Shown here: positions 1-14,400 of the stretch, piece after piece
How positions within the stretch are numbered: position 1 is the first letter of the stretch
Layout of the letters: every line of letters begins with the position of its first letter
Source of the DNA: the human T2T-CHM13v2.0 reference genome, Homo sapiens
NCBI RefSeq assembly: GCF_009914755.1
Contig: NC_060938.1
Length of the DNA stretch: 64,000 bases
Strand: one strand, 5' to 3'
Translations under genes and position numbers: made by a program
The notes under the pieces: model-generated
The model's database searches: none
Told to the model about the DNA's origin: nothing
What the model saw: the letters and a program-made list of their open reading frames with translations, nothing else

Positions 1-3000
1 TTATTCTGTACATAAAATATCAAAGTACACCAAATATATATTCTATACTGTACATAAAATATCAAAGTACCCAAACTATTCATTATATACTGTACATAAA
101 ATATGAAATTACATCAAACATATATTATATTAGGTACATAAAATATGAAAGTAGATCAAATATAGATTATATACTGTACATAAAATACCAAAGTCCCCGA
201 AATATATATTTTATACTGTACATGAAATATCAAAGTTCTCAAACTATATATTATATACTGTACATAAAATATCAAAGTACACAAGGTATATATTCTATAC
301 TGTACATAAAATATGAAATTACATCAAATATATATTATATTAGGTACATAAAATATGAAAGTACATCAAACATATATTTTATTCTGTACATAAAATATCA
401 AAGTACACCAAATATATATTCTATACTGTACATAAAATATCAAAGTACCCAAACTATTCATTATATACTGTACATAAAATATGAAATTACATCAAATATA
501 TATTATATTAGGTACATAAAATATGAAAGTACATCAAATATAGATTATATACTGTACATAAAATACCAAATTACCCCAAATATATATTTTATACTGTACA
601 TGAAATATCAAAGTTCACAAACTATATATTATATACTCTACATAAAATATCAAAGTACCCAAGGTATGTATTCTATACTGTACAAAAAATATCAAAGTAC
701 CCAAAGCATGTATTATATACTGTACATAAAACATGAAAGTACATCAAATATATGTTTTATTCTGTACATAAAATATCAAAGTACACCAAATATATATTCT
801 ATAGTGTACATAAAATATCAAAGTACACAAACTATACATTATATACTGTACATAAAATATGAAACTACATCAAATATATATTATATTAGGTACATAAAAT
901 ATGAAAGTATATCAAATATAGATTATATACTGTACATAAAATATCACAGTACCCCAAATATATATTTTATACTGTACATGAAATATCAAAGTTCACAAAC
1001 TATATATTATATACTGTACATAAAATATCAAAGTACCCAAGGTATATATTCTATACTGTACAAAAAATATCAAAGTACCCAAAACATGTATTATATGCTG
1101 TACATAAAATATGAAAGTACATCATATATATATTTTATTCTGTACATAAAATATCAAAGTACACCAAATATATATTCTATACTGTACATAAAATATCAAA
1201 GTACCCAAACTATTCATTATATACTGTACATAAAATATGAAATTACATCAAATATATATTATATTACGTACATAAAATATGAAAGTACATCAAATATAGA
1301 TTATATACTGTACATAAAATACCAAAGTCCCCCAAATATATATTTTATACTGTACATGAAATATCAAAGTTCTCAAACTATATATTATATACTGTACATA
1401 AAATATCAAAGTACACAAGGTATATATTCTATACTGTACAAAAAATATCAAAGTACCCAAAGCATGTATTATATGCTGTACATAAAATATGAAAGTACAT
1501 CAAATATATATTTTATTCTGTACATAAAATATCAAAGTACACCAAATATATATTCTATACTGTACATAAAATATCAAAGTACCCAAACTATTCATTATAT
1601 ACTGTACATAAAATATGAAATTACATCAAATATATATTATATTACGTACATAAAATATGAAAGTACATCAAATATAGATTATATACTGTACATAAAATAC
1701 CAAAGTCCCCCAAATATATATTTTATACTGTACCTGAAATATCAAAGTTCTCAAACTATATATTATATACTGTACATAAAATATCAAAGTACACAAGGTA
1801 TATATTCTATACTGTACAAAAAATATCAAAGTACCCAAAGCATCTATTATATGCTGTACATAAAATATGAAAGTACATCAAATATATATTTAATTCTGTA
1901 CATAAAATATCAAAGTACACCAAATATATATTCTATAGTGTACATGAAATATCAAAGTACCCAAACTATACATTATATACTGTACATAAAATATGAAATT
2001 ACATCAAATATATATTATATTAGCTACATAAAATATGAAAGTACATCAAATATAGATTATATACTGTTCATAAAATACCAAAGTACCCCAAATATATATT
2101 TTATACTGTACATGAAATATCAAAGTTCACAAACTATATATTATATACTCTACATAAAATTTCAAAGTACCCAAGGTATGTATTCTATACTGTACAAAAA
2201 ATATCAAAGTACCCAAAGCATGTATTATATACTGTACATAAAACATGAAAGTACATCAAATATATGTTTTATTCTGTACATAAAATATCAAAGAACACCA
2301 AATATATATTCTATAGTGTACATAAAATATCAAAGTACACAAACTATACATTATATACTGTACAAAAAATATGAAACTACATCAAATATATATTATATTA
2401 GGTACATAAAATATGAAAGTATATCAAATATAGATTATATACTGTACATAAAATATCACAGTACCCCAAATATATATTTTATACTGTACATGAAGTATCA
2501 AAGTTCACAAACTATATATTATATACTGTACATAAAATATCAAAGTAGCCAAGGTATATATTCTATACTGTACAAAAAATATCAAAGTACCCAAAACATG
2601 TATTATATGTTGTACATAAAATATGAAAGTACATCAAATATATATTTTATTCTGTACATAAAATATCAAAGTACACCAAATATATATTCTATAGTGTACA
2701 TAAAATATCAAAGTACCCAAACTATTCATTATATACTGTACATAAAATATGAAATTACATCAAATATATATTATATTACGTACATAAAATATGAAAGTAC
2801 ATCAAATATAGATTATATACTGTACATAAAATACCAAAGTCCCCCAAATATATATTTTATACTGTACCTGAAATATCAAAGTTCTCAAACTATATATTAT
2901 ATACTGTACATAAAATATCAAAGTACACAAGGTATATATTCTATACTGTACAAAAAATATCAAAGTACCCAAAGCATCTATTATATGCTGTACATAAAAT

Positions 3001-6000
3001 ATGAAAGTACATCAAATATATATTTAATTCTGTACATAAAATATCAAAGTACACCAAATATATATTCTATAGTGTACATGAAATATCAAAGTACCCAAAC
3101 TATTCATTATATACTGTACATAAAATATGAAATTACATCAAATATATATTATATTAGGTACATAAAATATGAAAGTATATCAAATATAGATTATATACTG
3201 TACATAAAATATCACAGTACCCCAAATATATATTTTATACTGTACATGAAGTATCAAAGTTCACAAACTATATATTATATACTGTACATAAAATATCAAA
3301 GTAGCCAAGGTATATATTCTATACTGTACAAAAAATATCAAAGTACCCAAAACATGTATTATATGCTGTACATAAAATATGAAAGTACATCAAATATATA
3401 TTTTATTCTGTACATAAAATATCAAAGTACACCAAATATATATTCTATAGTGTACATGAAATATCAAAGTACCCAAACTATTCATTATATACTGTACATA
3501 AAATATGAAATTACATCAAATATATATTATATTACGTACATAAAATATGAAACTACATCAAATATAGATTATATACTGTACATAAAATACCAAAGTACCC
3601 CAAATATATATTTTATACTGTACATGAAATATCAAAGTTCTCAAACTATATATTATATACTGTACATAAAATATCAAAGTACACAAGGTATATATTCTAT
3701 ACTGTACAAAAAATATCAAAGTACCCAAAGCATGTATTATATGCTGTACATAAAATATGAAAGTACATCAAATATATATTTTATTCTGTACATAAAATAT
3801 CAAAGTACACCAAATATATATTCTATAGTGTACATGAAATATCAAAGTACCCAAACTATTCATTATATACTGTACATAAAATATGAAATTACATCAAATA
3901 TATATTATATTACGTACATAAAATATGAAAGTACATCAAATATAGATTATATACTGTACATAAAATACCAAAGTACCCCAAATATATATTTTATACTGTA
4001 CATGAAATATCAAAGTTCACAAACTATATATTATATACTCTACATAAAATATCAAAGTACCCAAGGTATGTATTCTATACTGTACAAAAAATATCAAAGT
4101 ACCCAAAGCATGTATTATATACTGTACATAAAACATGAAAGTACATCAAATATATGTTTTATTCTGTACATAAAATATCAAAGTACACCAAATATATATT
4201 CTATAGTGTACATAAAATATCAAGGTACACAAACTATACATTATATACTGTACATAAAATATGAAACTACATCAAATATATATTATATTAGGTACATAAA
4301 ATATGAAAGTATATCAAATATAGATTATATACTGTACATAAAATATCACAGTACCCCAAATATATATTTTATACTGTACATGAAATATCAGAGTTCACAA
4401 ACTATATATTATATACTGTACATAAAATATCAAAGTACCCAAGGTATATATTCTATACTGTACAAAAAATATCAAAGTACCCAAAACATGTATTATATGC
4501 CGTACATAAAACATGAAATTACATCAAATATATATTTTATTCTGTACATAAAATATCAAAGTACACCAAATATATATTCTATACTGTACATAAAATATCA
4601 AAGTACCCAAACTATTCATTATATACTGTACATAAAATATGAAATTACATCAAATATATATTATATTACGTACATAAAATATGAAAGTACATCAAATATA
4701 GATTATATACTGTACATAAAATATCAAAGTCCCCCAAATATATATTTTATACTGTACATGAAATATCAAAGTTCTCAAACTATATATTATATACTGTACA
4801 TAAAATATCAAAGTACACAAGGTATATATTCTATACTGTAAAAAAATATCAAAGTACCCAAAGCATGTATTATATGCTGTACATAAAATATGAAAGTACA
4901 TCAAATATATATTATATTACGTACATAAAATATGACAGTACATCAAATATAGATTATATACTGTACATAAAATACCAAAGTCCCCCAAATATATATTTTA
5001 TACTGTACATGAAATATCAAAGTTCACAAACTATATATTATATACTGTACATAAAATATCAAAGTACACAACGTATATATTCTATACTGTACAAAAAATA
5101 TCAAAGTACCCAAAGCATGTATTATATGCTGTACATAAAATATGAAAGTACATCAAACATATATTTTATTCTGTACATAAAATATCAAAGTACACCAAAT
5201 ATATATTCTATACTGTACATAAAATATCAAAGTACCCAAACTATTCATTATATACTGTACATAAAATATGAAATTACATCAAATATATATTATATTAGGT
5301 ACATAAAATATGAAAGTACATCAAATATAGATTATATACTGTACATAAAATACCAAAGTACCCCAAATATATATTTTATACTGTACATGAAATATCAAAG
5401 TTCACAAACTATATATTATATACTCTACATAAAATATCAAAGTACCCAAGGTATGTATTCTATACTGTACAAAAAATATCAAAGTACCCAAAGCATGTAT
5501 TATATACTGTACATAAAACATGAAAGTACATCAAATATATGTTTTATTCTGTACATAAAATATCAAAGTACACCAAATATATATTCTATAGTGTACATAA
5601 AATATCAAAGTACACAAACTATACATTATATACTGCACATAAAATATGAAACTACATCAAATATATATTATATTAGGTACATAAAATATGAAAGTATATC
5701 AAATATAGATTATATACTGTACATAAAATATCAAAGTACCCCAAATATATATTTTATACTGTACATGAAATATCAAAGTTCACAAACTATATATTATATA
5801 CTGTACATAAAATATCAAAGTACCCAAGGTATATATTCTATACTGTACAAAAAATATCAAAGTACCCAAAACATGTATTATATGCTGTACATAAAATATG
5901 AAAGTACATCAAATATATATTTTATTCTGTACATAAAATATCAAAGTACACCAAATATATATTCTATACTGTACATAAAATATCAAAGTACCCAAACTAT

Positions 6001-9000
6001 TCATTATATACTGTACATAAAATATGAAATTACATCAAATATATATTATATTAGGTACATAAAATATGAAAGTACATCAAATATAGATTATATACTGTAC
6101 ATAAAATACCAAAGTACCCCAAATATATATTTTATACTGTACATGAAATATCAAAGTTCACAAACTATATATTATATACTCTACATAAAATATCAAAGTA
6201 CCCAAGGTATGTATTCTATACTGTACAAAAAATATCAAAGTACCCAAAGCATGTATTATATACTGTACATAAAACATGAAAGTACGTCAAATATATGTTT
6301 TATTCTGTACATAAAATATCAAAGTACACCAAATATATATTCTATAGTGTACATAAAATATCAAGGTACACAAACTATACATTACTGTACATAAAATATG
6401 AAACTACATCAAATATATATTATATTAGGTACATAAAATATGAAAGTATATCAAATATAGATTATATACTGTACATAAAATATCACAGTACCCCAAATAT
6501 ATATTTTATACTGTACATGAAATATCAAAGTTCACAAACTATATATAATATACTCTACATAAAATATCAAAGTACCCAAGGTACATATTCTATACTGTAC
6601 AAAAAATATCAAAGTACCCAAAACATGTATTATATGCTGTACATAAAATATGAAAGTACATCAAATATATATTTTATTCTGTACATAAAATATCAAAGTA
6701 CACCAAATATATATTCTATAGTGTACATGAAATATCAAAGTACCCAAACTGTACATTATATACTGTACATAAAATATGAAATTACATCAAATATATATAA
6801 TATTAGGTACATAAAATATGAAAGTACATCAAATATAGATTATATACTGTACATAAAATACCAAAGTACCCCAAATATATATTTATACTGTACATGAAAT
6901 ATCAAAGTTCACAAACTATATATTATATACTCTACATAAAATATCAAAGTACCCAAGGTATGTATTCTATACTGTACAAAAAATATCAAAGTACCCAAAG
7001 CATGTATTATATACTGTACATAAAACATGAAAGTACATCAAATATATGTTTTATTCTGTACATAAAATATCAAAGTACACCAAATATATATTCTATAGTG
7101 TACATAAAATATCAAAGTACACAAACTATACATTATATACTGTACATAAAATATGAAACTACATCAAATATATATTATATTAGGTACATAAAATATGAAA
7201 GTATATCAAATATAGATTATATACTGTACATAAAATATCACAGTACCCCAAATATATATTTTATACTGTACATGAAATATCAAAGTTCACAAACTATATA
7301 TTATATACTGTACATAAAATATCAAAGTACCCAAGGTATATATTCTATACTGTACAAAAAATATCAAAGTACCCAAAGCATGTATTATATGCTGTACATA
7401 AAATATGAAAGTACATCAAATATATATTTTATTCTGTACATAAAATATCAAAGTACACCAAATATATATTCTATACTGTACATAAAATATCAAAGTACCC
7501 AAACTATTCATTATATACTGTACATAAAATATGAAATTACATCAAATATATATTATATTAGGTACATAAAATATGAAAGTACATCAAATATAGATTATAT
7601 ACTGTACATAAAATACCAAAGTACCCCAAATATATATTTTATACTGTACATGAAATATCAAAGTTCACAAACTATATATTATATACTCTACATAAAATAT
7701 CAAAGTACCCAAGGTATGTATTCTATACTGTACAAAAAATATCAAAGTACCCAAAGCATGTATTATATACGGTACATAAAACATGAAAGTACATCAAATA
7801 TATGTTTTATTCTGTACATAAAATATCAAAGTACACCAAATATATATTCTATAGTGTACATGAAATATCAAAGTACACAAACTATACATTATATACTGTA
7901 CATAAAATATGAAACTACATCAAATATATATTATATTAGGTACATAAAATATGAAAGTACATCAAATATAGATTATATACTGTACATAAAATATCACAGT
8001 ACCCCAAATATATATTTTATACTGTACATGAAATATCAAAGTTCACAAACTATATATTATATACTGTACATAAAATATCAAAGTACCCAAGGTATATATT
8101 CTATACTGTACATAAAATATCAAAGTACCCAAAGCATGTATTATATACTGTACATAAAATATCAAAGTACACAAACGTTTATTGTGAACTCTAAATAAAA
8201 TATCAAAGTAACCATATTATGCATTATATATTGTACATAAAAAATCAAAGTACACAAACTATATATTTTATACTGTACATAAAATATCAAAGTACACAAA
8301 ATATATATTCTATAATTTACATAAAATATCAAAGTAACCAAAGCATGTATTATATACTGTACATAAAATATCAAAGTACACATTTATTGTGAACTCTAAA
8401 TAAAATATCAAAGTAACCAAATTATACATTATATATTGTACATAAAAAATCAAAGTATACAAACTATATATTTTATTCTGTACATAAAAGATGAAAGTAC
8501 ACCAAATATATATTCTATACTGTACATAAAATACCAAAGTACACCATATATATACTCTATACTGTACATAAAATATCAAACTACCCAAACATATATTGTA
8601 TACTGTACGTAATATATCAAAGTACCCAAATTATGTATTTTATAATGTACGTAAAATATCAAAGTACCCAAACTATACATTATATACTGTACATAAAATA
8701 TGAACTTACATCAAATATATATTATATTAGGTACATAAAATATGAAAGTACATCAAATATAGATTATACACTGTACATAAAATATCAGAGTACCCTAAAT
8801 ATATATTATATACTGTACATGAGATATCAAAGTATACAAACTATGTATTATATACTGTACATAAAATATCAAAGTATCCAAACTATATATTGTATACTGT
8901 ACATAAAATATCAAACTTCCCAAACTCAGGTTGTATACTGTACCTAGTATATCAAAGTACCCAAATTATATATTTTATGCTGTACAAAAAATATCAAAGT

Positions 9001-11023
9001 TCCCAAACTATACATTATATACTGTACATAAAATATGAAATTACATCAAATATATATTATATTAGGTACATATAATATGAAAGTACATCAAATATAGATT
9101 ATATAGTGTACATAAAATATCAAAGTACCCCAAATATATATTATATACTGTACATGAAATATCAGAGTACACAAACTATATATTATATACTGTACATAAA
9201 ATATCAAAGTACCCAAAGTATATATTCTATACTGTACAAAAAATATCAAAGTACCCAAAGCATGTAGTACATACCGTACATAAAATATGAAAGTACATCA
9301 AATATATATTTTATTCTGTACGTAAAATATCAAAGTACACCAAATATACATTCTATACTGTACATAAAATATCAAAGGACCCAAAGCATTTATTATATAC
9401 TCTACATAAAATATCAAAGTACACAAACATTTATTTTGAACTCTAAATAAAATATCAAAGTATCCAAACTATATATTATATATTGTACATAAAATATCAA
9501 AGTACCCAACTATATATTTTATACTGTACATAAAATATCAAAGTACACCTAATATATATTCTATACTCTACATAAAATATCAAAGTACCCAAACATTTAT
9601 TATATACTCTACATAAAATATCAAAGTACACCAAATATATATTCTATACTGTACATAAATTTCCAAATTGCACCAAATATATATTCTATACTGTACATAA
9701 AATATCAAACTACCCAAACATATATTGTATACTGTACATAATATATCAAAGTACCCAAATTATATATTTTATACTGTACATAAACTATCAATGTGCCCAA
9801 ACTTTACATTATATACTGTACATAAAATATGAAGTTACATCAAAAACATATTATATTAGGTTCATAAAATATAAAAGTACATCAAATATAGATTATATAC
9901 TGTACATAATATATCAGAGTACCCCAAATATATATTATATACTGTACATGAAATATCAAAGTATACAAACTATATATTATATACTGTACATAAAATGTCA
10001 AAGTACCCAAATTATATATTATATACTGTACATAAAATAATCTATCCAATGTATAGATTATATACCGTACATAAAATATGAAAGTACATCGAATATATAT
10101 TTTATTCTGTACATAAAATATCAAAGTACACCAAACATATATTCTATACTGTACATAAAATATCAAGGTACACCTAATATATATTCTATACTGTACATAA
10201 AATATCAAACTACCCAAACATATATTATATTCTGTACATAATATATCAAAGTACCCAAACTATATATTTTATACTGTACATAAAATATCAAAGTACCCAA
10301 ACTATACATTATATACTGTACGTAAAATATGAAATTACACCAAATATATATTAGGTACATCAAATATGAAAGTACATGAAATATAGATTATATACTGTAC
10401 ATAAAATACCAAAGTACCCCAAATATATATTATATACTGTACATGAAATATCAAAGTACACAAATTATATATTATATACTCTACTTAAAATATCAAAGTA
10501 TCCGAAGTATATATTATGTACTGTACATAACATATCAAAGTAACCAAACTATATATTTTTTACGGTATATAAAATATCAAAGTACCCAAAGTACATATCA
10601 TATACTGTACATAACATATCAAAGTAACCATACTATATATTATATACTGTACATAAAATATGAAAGTACCTAAAGTATATATTATATACTCTACATAAAA
10701 TATCAAAGTTCTGAAACTATATATTATATACTGTACATAAAATAGAAAAGTACACCAAATATATATTCTATACTGTACATAATATAAAAGTACACCAAAT
10801 ATATATTGTATATTGTACATAAAATATCAAAGTATCCAAACATATATTATATAATGTACGTAATATATCAAATTACCCAAACTATATGTTTTATTCTGTA
10901 CATAAAATATCAAAGTACCCAAACTATTCATTATATACTGTACATAAAATATACTGTACATCAAATGTATATTATATTATGTAAATAAAATATGAAAGTA
11001 TATCAAATATAAATTATATACTG
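1..11023 (+). repeat. HSat1A (human satellite 1A) array: 42-bp AT-rich monomers, 378-bp 9-mer higher-order repeat
   Basis: Tandem monomers of the form ACATAAAATATCAAAGTACCCAAA(C/T)TATATATTATATACTGT, usually with two GTAC (RsaI) sites each. The landmark ATGAAATATCAAAGTTC recurs at 222, 600, 978, 1356 etc. (378 bp = 9x42). The array is homogeneous to ~8150 and diverged from there to 11023. Confidence 0.95.
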
Positions 11024-11450
11024 AGCTTTCGGAGCAGCCCGGACAGAGCTCTCATGCCTTTCCACCACCCCACCCCGGCCTGACCACCCCCTCCCGAACC
11101 CCGTCTCCCACCCCCGTAAAATGCGTCTTCCCTTGGTCTGGGTGAGGACCCACGTCCTTCAAAACCTCGGGCCCACCCAGCCTCCAGGCCTGACAACCCT
11201 CCGACGGCTCGCCTCCTCTGAGCCTCCACGCCACCGTCGCCGGCCCGTCCGTGCCCCTGCAGCCTCCCAGCTGCCACCATGGAGTGTCTGGCGGCGGAAC
11301 GCAGACTTCTAGCCCTCTTTGCCGGCCTCCTGGCTAGACCTGCGCTCATTGCGCACCCCGGCTCGCGTGCAAGGGAGTCCGCTGGCCTCTCTGTGCCCTT
11401 GTCCGTCTATGAAATTCCATCTGAGGCTCTCCCAACACCTTCCGATGCTC
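11021..11450 (+). pseudogene. D4Z4-distal / pLAM-like remnant (DUX4 intron-2 and exon-3-like sequence, no coding region)
   Basis: GC-rich segment GGAGCAGCCCGGACAGAGCTCTC...CCTCCTGGCTAG|ACCTGCGC...GCTGGCCTCTCTGTGCCCTTGT, colinear with 25450-25878 in this window. It matches the recalled 4qA pLAM sequence, including the exon-3 acceptor AG at 11336-11337. Confidence 0.85.
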
Positions 11451-14400
11451 TTTAGTCAAAGCCTGGAGAATAGCTACATCTCCTGGATGATCAGTTCAGA
11501 AATACGTCACAATGCCCCCTCCCTGCGGAGCCTACAGAAGATTTGCATCATTTGGGTGATCAGTGCAGAGATATATCACAATGTCCCCTGTACAAAAAGC
11601 ATGGAAATGATTTACACCACCTTGGTGATCAGTGCATAGGTATGTCAGAAATCCCCAGTAGGCTGAACCTAGACAAGGGTTACATCACTTAGGTGATCAG
11701 TGTAGAGATATGTGAAAAGTCCCATGTAGACAGAGCCTAGACAAGTGTTCCATCAGCTAGTGATCAGTGCAGGGATAATTTGTAAAGCCTACTGTAGGCA
11801 GAGTGTAGACAAGTGTTTCCTCCCTGGGGTGATCACTGTAGAGATATGTCACAAAGCCCCTGTAAGCAGAACCTTGACAAGGGTTACATCACCTGTTTGA
11901 TCAGTGGAAATGTATATCACAAAGTCCCCTGTAGGCAAAGCCCAGACAATTGTTACATCACCTGGGTGAGCAGTGGAGAGATCTGTCACAATGCCCCTGT
12001 AGGCAGAGATTAAACAAGGGTTACATCACCTGGGTGATCAGTGCAGAGATATGTCAAAACACTCCTGTAGGATGAACCTAGACAGGAGTAACCACCCGGG
12101 TGATCAGTGCAGAGATATGTGAGAATTCCCGTGTAGACAGAGTCTAGACAAGCGTTACATCACCTAGGTTATAAGTGCAGGTATAAGTAGTAAAGCCTCC
12201 TGTAGGCAGAGCGTAGACAAGAGTTCCCTCCCAAGGGTGATAAGTGCAGAGATGTGTCACAAAGCCCCCATAGGCAGAGCCTAGACAAGAGTTTCATCAC
12301 TTGGTTGATCAGTTCAGAGATGTGTCAAAATGTCCATGTAGGCAGATCTAAGACAAGAGTCCATCACCTGGGTGATCAGTGCAGAGATATGTACCAATGT
12401 CCCCTGTAGGCAGTGCCTAGACAAGAGTTACATCACCTCAGAGATCAGTGCATAGATCTGTCACAAAGCCTTCTATAGGCAAACCCATACAAGGCTTACA
12501 TCATCTAGGTGACCAGCGCAGAGATACGTCACACAAATCCTTGTAGAGAGAGCCTAGACAAGGGTTACATCACCTAGATGAACACTACAGAGATATTTCA
12601 CAATACCCCCTGTAGGCAGATCGTAGACAAGAGTTGAATCACCTGGGTAATCAGTGCAGAGATATTTCACAATGACCCCTATGGGTAGACGGTAGACAAG
12701 AGTTACATCACCTAGGTGATCCAAGGAGAGATTTGTCAAAATTCCCAGTAGGCAGTACTTATAGAAGTGTTACATCACCTAAGTGATCAGTGCAGAGATA
12801 TGTCACAAAGCTCCTGTAGGCAGAACTTAGATGAGTTATATCACCTGGGAGATCAGTGCAAAGGTATGTCACAAAGCCCCATGTAGGCAAAGCCTAGACA
12901 ATAGTTCCATCACTTGGGTGATCAGTGGCGAGATCTCTCACAATTCCCCTGTAGGTAGAGCTTATACAACAGTTACCTCACCTGGGTGATCAGTGCAGAG
13001 ATATGTCACAATGCCCCCATAGGAAGATCCAAGACAAGAGTCCGTCACCTGGGTGATCAGTGCAGAGATATGTGAGAAATCCCGTGTAGGCAGAGCCTAG
13101 ACAAGTGTTACATCAACTAGGTTATCAGTGCAGGTATAAGTCATAAAGCCTCCTACAGGCAGAGCGTAGAAAAGAGTTCCCTCCCCAGGGTGATCAGTGC
13201 AGAGATGTGTCACAAAGCCCTGTAGGCAGAGCCTAGACAAGAGATTCATCACTTGGTTGATCAGTTCAGAGATGTGTCACAATCTCCATGTAGGCAGATC
13301 TAAGACAAGAGTCCATCACCTGGGTGATCAGTGCAGAGATATGGACCAATATCCCCTGTAGGCAGTGACTAGACAAGAGTTGCATCACCTCAGAGATCAG
13401 TGCCGAGATATTTCACAAAGCCTTCTGTAGGCAAAGCCCATACAAGGCTTACATCACCTAGGTGATCAGTGCAGCGATATGTCACAAAAATCCCTGCAGA
13501 CAGAGACTAGAAAAGAGGTACATCAACTGGGAGATCAGTGCAGATATTTGACACAATGCCCCCATAGACAGAGCCTAGACAAGACTTCCATCACCTTGGC
13601 GATAAGTGCAGAGATATGTCACAAATCCCCCTCTAGGCAGAGTACAGAGAAGAGTTCCATCACCTGGGTGATCAGTGCAGAGATATTTCACAATGCCCCC
13701 TGTGAGCAGAGAGTGGACAAGAGTTACATAACCTAGGTGATCTGTGCAGAGCTATATCAAAAAGCCCCTGTAGGCAGAGCCTAGATAAATATTACATCAC
13801 CTGGGTGATCAGTGCAGAGATACGTCACAATAACCCCTGTAGGTGGAGCCTAGACAAGAGTTACATCAACTGGGTGATCAGTGCAGAGATATGTCACAAA
13901 GCCCCTGTAGGCACAGCCTAAAGAAGTGTTACATCACCTGGGTGATCAGTGAAGAAATATGTCACAAAGCCCCTGTAGGACGAGCCTAGACAAGAGTTGT
14001 TACATCTCCTGGGTGATCAGTGCAAAGATATGTCACAAAGCCCCCTGTAGACAAATCTCAGAAAATTGTTACATCACATGGGTGATCAGTGGAGATATCT
14101 GTCAAAATTCCCCTACAGGCGCAGCTTAGACAAGCGTTACATCACATGAGTGATCATTTCAGAGATATGTCACTATGCCCCCATAGGCAGATCCAAGACA
14201 AGAGTCCATCACCTCGGTGATCAGTGCAGATATATGCCACAATGCCACCAGTAGGCAGATATAGAGAAAGTTACATCACCTGCGTGATCAAGGCAGAGAT
14301 ATGTCACAATGCCCCTGTAGGCAGAGCCTAGACGAGAGTCCCATCACCTGGGTGATCAGTGCAGAGTTATGTCACAATGCCCCCTCTTGACAGAGCCTAG

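Noticed and set aside
222-4841. 1539-aa ORF and the following 200-500-aa ORFs as protein-coding genes
   Set aside because: They are translations of the 42-bp HSat1A monomer (14 codons). There is no promoter, domain or non-repetitive sequence.
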